DNA of 29,868 nt from a virus (taxonomy: Duplodnaviria > Caudoviricetes). Shown piece after piece: positions 24,351 to 29,868 of this stretch. The stretch lies in the IMG/VR virus record IMGVR_UViG_3300033417_000040, positions 1 to 29,868 of that record, one strand, 5' to 3'. A program made the position numbers and the translations under genes. The notes beneath the pieces were generated by a model, which saw nothing but the letters and a program-made list of their open reading frames with translations, was not told where the DNA came from and did no database searches. Position 1 is the stretch's first letter; the number at the start of each line of letters is the position of its first letter.

Positions 24351-26822
24351 ATGATCGCGTACGGCGACGAACTGGTCACGTTGGTGCAGATCGATGTTCC
24401 GTTCTGCACGCGCGAGTACGGCGACCACGAACTGAATTCGCCCGCGGTCGGCTGCACCGCCGAACTCGGCATCACCGGCACGCGCAAGTGCTTTAATACG
24501 CGCGATACCTGCCAGGACGCCGAGAACTACGACCCGGCCACGCTCACCTTGACGTTCGCGCGCTCGCAGGAAGGTTTGGAATATCTCGGCTATGTGATTC
24601 CGTCGCTGGAAAGCGTTCGGATCACGCCGCTCAAGATCAATATCGGCGCGATGGATCGCAGCCTGTCGCCCTTCGGGCAACGCGAAGTGGTCAGCCTGCA
24701 ATTCGCCGACCACCAACACAGCGACCTGCTGGTCGACAAGTACCGCTTGGAGCGCGCGAGCGGCGCCGCCGATCAAGATGGCGCCTACGATCCGCACGAG
24801 CGCGGAACGTTCTGGGGTAAATTTCTCGCGCGCAATCCTTACAACGAAGGTTACGCGCTGCGCGTGTATCAGGGAAAAGTCGGCGATGCGTTGGCCGACA
24901 TGGAGGTGCGCCATTACCTGATCGACAAGATCAACGGCCCAGCCGACGGCTCGGTGACGGTCGTCGCCAAGGATTTGTTCACCAAGGTCGAGGGCCGCAA
25001 GGCCAAGGCGCCGACCGCCACGCGCGGCGAGCTCGCGGCGAACCTGGCCGCCGGCGCTGGCTCGTCCACGTTGTCGCCGACCGGCATCGGCGATCTCGAC
25101 TATCCCGCATCGGGCCGGGTCGCGATCGGGGATGAGATCCTCGCGTTCACGCGCAGCGCCGACGCGATGACATGGACCACGCGCGGCGATCTGAACACGG
25201 TCGACGAAGATCACGATGCCGAGGATAAGGTACAACTGGTGCTGTCTTATGAAGGCGACGAGGCGCAGACGATCGTCTACGACTTACTGACGACCTACGC
25301 CGGCGTTGCCGCCGCGAATATCCCGCTGGCGGATTGGAACGCCGAAGCGGCGGAAAATTTCCCGAACGTCTACACGGGCCACATCGCCGAACCGACGCCG
25401 GTGTCGCAGTTGGTCGGCGAGCTCGCCGAGCAGGTAGGTTTCTCGATCTGGCCGGATGTGAACGCGAACCAGATACGCCTGCAAGCGATCGTTCCGGCCG
25501 GCGCCGGCGACATCACCGCGACGGTCGACGACGACGCTTGGATCAAGCAGGGCACGCTCGCGATCATGCGCATGCCGGATCAGCGCGTTTCGCAAGCGTG
25601 GGTTTACTACGGCCAGATAAACCCGCTCGAGGACCTGGAGGACGCCAAGAACTATCGCAGCCGATCCATTACGGCTGATTTGGCCTCCGAGGGTTCGCAG
25701 CAGTACGGCACGGCCTCGATCCGCGAAGTGTTCAGCCGCTGGATCGCGCAGTTCGGCCGCGGCGCGGCCGACGACGTCGGTGAGCGGTTGCTCGCGATCT
25801 TTCGCGATCCGCCGTTTCGCGCCACGTTCGAGTTGTATGCGGCACGCGAGGGCGCGCTGGTCCTGGCCGATCCGTTTCGCCTCGACACCGATGAAGTCAT
25901 GGAGGACACCGGCGCGAATAAACTGACAACGCATCTGCCGATCAAGCTGTCGCGCGAGGAAGACGCGATCAGGGTCGAGTCGCAACAATTGCAATTCTTC
26001 ACCATCCCCGGCGGCGATTCGCCGGGATCGGTATCGGAACGGCAACTGTTCATCGACACGGACACGCTGAACTTCAACATCCGCAGCGCGCACGACGCGC
26101 TGTTCACCTCGCCGGTCTCGGGCGATGTCGTGCGAGTCTTTATCGCGTCCGGTGTCGTGGTCGGTTCGAGCAGCGTCGCCGCCGCGTTCGTTTCCGGGTC
26201 GTGGCCGGCCGGGGTGATTATTTTTGTTGAAAACCTCGGAACGATTTCAGGAAAAGGCGGAGCGGGTGGCCGGGGCGGGGATACATTTATTTCGGGGTTT
26301 GTCGCCGAGGATGGCGATCCTGGAAGTGCTGGTGGGTTGGGGTTGGAAATTACCGTACCTGTTAATTTCTATAATATTTTAGGAACGATTCAAGGCGGTG
26401 GTGGCGGCGGCGGTGGTGGCGGGGCCGCTATCCATCAAGTCGGTGGACCACTTTTTGCTTTAGCCGGTGGCGGTGGCGGTGGCGGCGGTGCTGGTAGGAA
26501 CGGCGGGCCTCAAGCCGATGGCGGATCCGGCGATGCGGACGATCCAGGCACGCCCGGATCGGACGGCATCGTCACCGCCGGCGGTATTAGCGGCCAAGGC
26601 GGAAACATCGAGGGCGCTGTGGGTGGACAAGCCGGTGGTGGCGCACTACCGGGTGGAGTTGGAGGCACGGGATCGAACGGTACCGGATCGGTCGCGACCG
26701 GTACCGGTGGCGCTGGCGGCGCGGCCGGCGCGGCGATCAGCGGAGTCGGGAATATATCTTGGATCGACGCAAACGACGATCCCACCGGCGATGACGGAAC
26801 GGTGACCGGGTCGACGAGCTAA
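24351..26822 (+). CDS. Tail hub/tip protein with glycine-rich C-terminal domain
   Basis: 823 aa; Cys motif (CTRE..CTAE..CFNTRDTC) as in tail-tip proteins; C-terminal GxGGxGG repeats. Confidence 0.75.
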   Translation: MIAYGDELVTLVQIDVPFCTREYGDHELNSPAVGCTAELGITGTRKCFNTRDTCQDAENYDPATLTLTFARSQEGLEYLGYVIPSLESVRITPLKINIGAMDRSLSPFGQREVVSLQFADHQHSDLLVDKYRLERASGAADQDGAYDPHERGTFWGKFLARNPYNEGYALRVYQGKVGDALADMEVRHYLIDKINGPADGSVTVVAKDLFTKVEGRKAKAPTATRGELAANLAAGAGSSTLSPTGIGDLDYPASGRVAIGDEILAFTRSADAMTWTTRGDLNTVDEDHDAEDKVQLVLSYEGDEAQTIVYDLLTTYAGVAAANIPLADWNAEAAENFPNVYTGHIAEPTPVSQLVGELAEQVGFSIWPDVNANQIRLQAIVPAGAGDITATVDDDAWIKQGTLAIMRMPDQRVSQAWVYYGQINPLEDLEDAKNYRSRSITADLASEGSQQYGTASIREVFSRWIAQFGRGAADDVGERLLAIFRDPPFRATFELYAAREGALVLADPFRLDTDEVMEDTGANKLTTHLPIKLSREEDAIRVESQQLQFFTIPGGDSPGSVSERQLFIDTDTLNFNIRSAHDALFTSPVSGDVVRVFIASGVVVGSSSVAAAFVSGSWPAGVIIFVENLGTISGKGGAGGRGGDTFISGFVAEDGDPGSAGGLGLEITVPVNFYNILGTIQGGGGGGGGGGAAIHQVGGPLFALAGGGGGGGGAGRNGGPQADGGSGDADDPGTPGSDGIVTAGGISGQGGNIEGAVGGQAGGGALPGGVGGTGSNGTGSVATGTGGAGGAAGAAISGVGNISWIDANDDPTGDDGTVTGSTS

Positions 26823-27070
26823 TTCTGCGCTGGTCGAAAACAGCAATCCGCAATGGGTTGATTCGGTGCCGGCGTATTTTTATCGGCGGTTGGTCGCCCC
26901 GCTATCAGAAGCGCCGCGACGACGGCGCCGATCGCTATCCAGACGGTGTTGTTTTTTTCGCCTGGTGCTTCTGATTTTTTCCCGGTCCCGAGATCAGGCA
27001 GCGTCGCTTCGGCCTGCGCGGTGACGGCGATAAAACCGATAAGTATGGCAATCAGGATTGATCGGATCAT
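26819..27070 (-). CDS. Small exported/membrane protein (moron 2)
   Basis: AAGGAG RBS; signal peptide MIRSILIAILIGFIAVTAQA and a second hydrophobic helix. Confidence 0.65.
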   Translation of the reverse strand: MIRSILIAILIGFIAVTAQAEATLPDLGTGKKSEAPGEKNNTVWIAIGAVVAALLIAGRPTADKNTPAPNQPIADCCFRPAQN

Positions 27071-27111
27071 TTTCGTCTCCTTCGTGTTAACCGAAAATAC
27101 GTTGGGCGTGG

Positions 27112-27327
27112 CTATTTGCCAATTCCTAAAAGACCTTTCGCGCGGCCGCACTGGGTGCATTGGGCCGCGGTGCCGCTGTTGGCGGCGAGCAGGAACCACA
27201 CCGGCAGCCACAAGCCGAGCGTGAGAAGGCTTAGCAGCAAATGTAGCACGTGCGACGTGCCGGGCTGAACGTGCATCGTGGTTTTGCCGCAGCGGCGGCA
27301 CTGTTTCATGGTCATGCTGGTGCTCAT
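27112..27327 (-). CDS. Zinc-ribbon membrane-hairpin protein (LITAF-like; moron 2)
   Basis: CRRC...H...HVLHLLLSLLTLGLWLPVW...CTQCG. Confidence 0.75.
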   Translation of the reverse strand: MSTSMTMKQCRRCGKTTMHVQPGTSHVLHLLLSLLTLGLWLPVWFLLAANSGTAAQCTQCGRAKGLLGIGK

Positions 27328-27330
27328 GGG

Positions 27331-27468
27331 TTACCCCCTTTTGTTTCGTTTTAGATAGTCGGCGATGGCGCGACGGATCTGCTCGGCCACGGTGACGCCG
27401 GTCTTTTTCTGGCGCGCTTTAAGTAGCGCCAGTAGCTTTTCCTCGATGTAGAACGTGAGTCGTTTCAT
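27331..27468 (-). CDS. CopG/ribbon-helix-helix regulator (moron 2)
   Basis: Manual translation: MKRLTFYIEEKLLALLKARQKKTGVTVAEQIRRAIADYLKRNKRG; shorter than any ORF in the track. Confidence 0.85.
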   Translation of the reverse strand: MKRLTFYIEEKLLALLKARQKKTGVTVAEQIRRAIADYLKRNKRG

Positions 27469-27472
27469 GGCA

Positions 27473-27508
27473 TCAGCCTATATGCTGACGTGTATGAACG
27501 CAAGTCAA
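27473..27508 (-). promoter_or_regulatory. Putative moron-2 promoter/operator
   Basis: Minus-strand TTGACT (27503-27508); inverted repeat TCAGC-N6-GCTGA at 27473-27488 over the -10 region. Confidence 0.45.
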
Positions 27509-27539
27509 TGCGCTAACCGATTGATTGGGGGCATAAATT

Positions 27540-27634
27540 ATGACCGGACGAGCGAGCCCGAATGGCGTAGCAGGGAGCAGATTCAAATGACCGGACGAGC
27601 GAGCCCGAATGGCGTAGCAGGGAGACCTTAAATG
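27540..27634 (+). repeat. Conserved leader repeat copies 3 and 4 (tandem)
   Basis: ATGACCGGACGAGCGAGCCCGAATGGCGTAGCAGGGAG at 27540 and 27587; the second ends ACCTTAA-ATG at the fiber start. Confidence 0.92.
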
Positions 27635-28819
27635 ACGCTCGGAGTTTGGCATTTTTTCGCGACGCAAGTCGACGGCAACAACTTCGTCAAGCTGCTGCCG
27701 AACGCGCAAGTGACGGTGCGGCGCGAATCGGACGGCGGTCTTGCCGCGCTCGAGCAGGATATCGACGGCTCATCGCCCGGGCTCGACAATCCGTTCACTG
27801 TCGATTCGAGCGGGGAGATCGTGTTTTATGCCGACGACAGCGAACGCTATCGAATCGACATCAGCGACGGAGCGACAACGCTGACGCTGCGGCAACAATC
27901 TGTGAGCGTCCATACGCCATCGTTACGAAACACCGCCGCGCCGGTGAATTTATCGCTCGCAGCATCGATCGCAGCGAACGCATTGACGATGGCTGTCAAA
28001 ACATCAGGTGGAAATGATGCTTCGCCTGGTGATTCCATTTCAATTCCATTTCGATCCGCTACTGCTGGTAGTGGTGCGGTTGTATGGCAATCTTTGATTT
28101 CTGATCTGTCGTTGACCGTGCCAACCGGTGCGACGCTGGGTCATATGTCCGGTGAGAATCAACATGCCTTTTGGTATCTGCTTAATGGCTCCGGAACGAT
28201 CGAACTAGCGGTTTCTGGTAGATATTTTGGTAATCACGGAATAGTCAGCACTAGCGCTAATAATGACTCTTCGGATTCTCGCAATGTAATGTATTCAACG
28301 ACAGCGAGATCAAACGTCCCATTTATCTGTATCGGATTTTCTGAGCATGAGAATGGTGTCGCTGGAAATTGGAGTAACGCACCGAGCGCGGTCCATTTAG
28401 CGCCGTTTGCGCAACCAGGATGGACAAAGTCTGACCCAACGATCACTTTGTCTGAAGCCGGCACCATACCGCAATATGCGACGAACGACCTTCGATATTG
28501 TCGTGTCGGTGATGTCGTGCACTGCAAGCTAATGTTGACCGGTGATGGCGGCGACGAAGGTTCCGGTGCTGGGTTAATACGTGTCGCTCTGCCGTTTCCG
28601 ATAGCGACTGACCAAGAAGCAGTGTCGCACATGGTTTGCGGGATTATGTCGGACGGTACCGCAGAGTTCATCATGGAAGCTGGTTTCGAAGCTGGCGCTG
28701 ACTACGTAAGGTTTGCGGTTTGGGATGCAATCTCGACGCGCGGTGGTGTAACCGCTTCAAGGCAAGATGAAGTCGCCCGGACTATTCAGGGTCATTTTTT
28801 CTACCAGGCTGAACCATGA
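27632..28819 (+). CDS. Tail fiber / receptor-binding protein
   Basis: N-terminal LDNPFTVDSSGEIVFYA head-binding-like motif; beta-rich, lower-GC C-terminal part. Confidence 0.7.
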   Translation: MTLGVWHFFATQVDGNNFVKLLPNAQVTVRRESDGGLAALEQDIDGSSPGLDNPFTVDSSGEIVFYADDSERYRIDISDGATTLTLRQQSVSVHTPSLRNTAAPVNLSLAASIAANALTMAVKTSGGNDASPGDSISIPFRSATAGSGAVVWQSLISDLSLTVPTGATLGHMSGENQHAFWYLLNGSGTIELAVSGRYFGNHGIVSTSANNDSSDSRNVMYSTTARSNVPFICIGFSEHENGVAGNWSNAPSAVHLAPFAQPGWTKSDPTITLSEAGTIPQYATNDLRYCRVGDVVHCKLMLTGDGGDEGSGAGLIRVALPFPIATDQEAVSHMVCGIMSDGTAEFIMEAGFEAGADYVRFAVWDAISTRGGVTASRQDEVARTIQGHFFYQAEP

Positions 28820-29310
28820 TCCTCGATCGCCCGCTGCCCGAAGCCTGCTACTCGCTGCGGCTGTTGCAGCCGACGGGAGTTCTCGTGCACTTCATTTCGG
28901 CGCTGATCAGCGCGCCGAACATGCCGTTCGATCCGCAGGCTTGCTTTGATATTCTGGTCGCGAACAAAGTCTCGGCGCACTACATGGTGCTGCGTAACGG
29001 CGACGTATGGCGCCTGGTGCCGGAGAAGTATCAGGCGTGGCACGCGGGTAAATCCCGGTTTCGCGGCGTGGACTCGTTGAACGCGACGTTCCTCGGTATC
29101 GAATTCATCGGCGCCGTCGATATGGATTTCGAGGATGCGCAGTACCAATCCGGCGCGGCGTTGGTGTGCGATCTCATGGCGCGCCATGCCATTGCGACGA
29201 ACCGCATCAAAGGCCACGAGCAAGTCAGCGGCGCGCGCGTTCGTTCCGATTTCAAAGAGGATCCCGGGCCATGCTTCGACTGGCTGCGTTTCGGCGCGCT
29301 CGTCGCGTAA
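28816..29310 (+). CDS. Endolysin, N-acetylmuramoyl-L-alanine amidase (Amidase_2)
   Basis: VLVH, VSAHYMV, AWHAGKS, LGIEF, IKGHEQV, KEDPGPCFDW. Confidence 0.93.
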   Translation: MILDRPLPEACYSLRLLQPTGVLVHFISALISAPNMPFDPQACFDILVANKVSAHYMVLRNGDVWRLVPEKYQAWHAGKSRFRGVDSLNATFLGIEFIGAVDMDFEDAQYQSGAALVCDLMARHAIATNRIKGHEQVSGARVRSDFKEDPGPCFDWLRFGALVA

Positions 29311-29312
29311 CC

Positions 29313-29531
29313 ATGCTTGAACGGTGGCGCTTGTTTATCGGTATCGCCGTCACCGCCGTTGGATTACCAAGCGGCGTGATCGGCGGGCTCAACGCCTGGG
29401 ACGACTATCGGACCAAGGGCATCAGCCAGAAAGTGATGCAGTGCGAGGTCGCGATGCTCAAGCGCGCCGTGTTCCACGGCGAGAAGCCAACAGAGAACTG
29501 TTACGAAATCGTTTTAACCCGGCCCAACTGA
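29313..29531 (+). CDS. Small single-TM protein in the lysis cassette
   Basis: 72 aa, N-terminal hydrophobic helix, 2 Cys in the C-terminal part. Confidence 0.6.
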   Translation: MLERWRLFIGIAVTAVGLPSGVIGGLNAWDDYRTKGISQKVMQCEVAMLKRAVFHGEKPTENCYEIVLTRPN

Positions 29532-29545
29532 ACGGAGGCAATGCA

Positions 29546-29868
29546 ATGAACGACCAGAAAGATTTGCTCGCGAGCAAAACGACGTGGGGTGTGTTGATCG
29601 CCCTGCTCGCGCCGCTGTTGTCGAAGTATTTTAATTTCACGCCGGAACTGCAGGCGATGCTGTCGAGCGATCTCGCGCAGATCGTCGGCCTGGTCTTGGC
29701 CGGCTGGGGCCAGCTCTCGCGCAAGGCGTCGATCACCAGCGTCGCCGGTATCCCGCTGAATAAACCGCCGACCACCCCGCCGGTGATCTTTATCGGATTC
29801 TTGGCGCTTGGCATGGCGCTGCTCGTTGGCTGTGCCGGCAAGCCACTGCTGACGGAAGGCACGTCGCC
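29546..29868 (+). CDS. Holin-like protein continuing into a lipobox-bearing segment (runs off window)
   Basis: GGAGG RBS; manual translation MNDQKDLLASKTTWGVLIALLAPLL...QIVGLVLAGWGQLSRK...VIFIGFLALGMALLVGCAGKP; no stop in the window. Confidence 0.7.
   Translation, partial: MNDQKDLLASKTTWGVLIALLAPLLSKYFNFTPELQAMLSSDLAQIVGLVLAGWGQLSRKASITSVAGIPLNKPPTTPPVIFIGFLALGMALLVGCAGKPLLTEGTS

Noticed and set aside
5800-26100. Many long antisense or alternative-frame ORFs in the track (e.g. 9375-10064, 12254-13165, 14589-15404, 22981-24102, 24330-25235)
   Set aside because: They are shadow ORFs of high-GC genes that have clear motifs on the + strand.
26390-26740. GGCGGT-type repeats as another array
   Set aside because: They have period 3 and encode the glycine-rich domain of the tail protein.
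27430-27468. Partial gapped match of array 2 (AC.TT...AT...GA) to the RHH gene start
   Set aside because: Only about 4 of 13 dinucleotides match, which is expected by chance.
27632-28819. Diversity-generating retroelement target or invertible fiber cassette
   Set aside because: No reverse transcriptase, TR/VR pair or invertase is seen in the window.

Overview
The window is most of a temperate, HK97/lambda-like siphophage (phage or prophage; GC-rich, probably with a proteobacterial host). From left to right it holds the early-left genes, a CI/Cro switch with shared operators, a replication initiator with internal iterons and a Q-like antiterminator with late promoter and terminator. These are followed by HNH, terminases, portal, Clp protease and capsid, a glycosyltransferase/methyltransferase cluster with an embedded tRNA-Gln, head-tail and tail genes, and the lysis genes. 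The standout feature is a self-contained moron (about 17340-19150) between the head-closure and gp10 genes. It has its own sigma70 promoter and terminator and encodes a stand-alone Cas7/RAMP-like protein, a ParB/Srx-domain protein and an XRE HTH protein. Each gene is followed by a non-coding array of exactly 16 GGY-NN pentamers with variable NN, which suggests a non-CRISPR RNA-guided system with a gapped dinucleotide code. Other notable points are a tRNA nested inside a glycosyltransferase ORF, a four-copy mini-ORF/hairpin leader ahead of structural genes, recurrent DSP motifs in virion proteins and a holin-lipoprotein fusion. All calls are by-eye motif recognition; no database searches were run.
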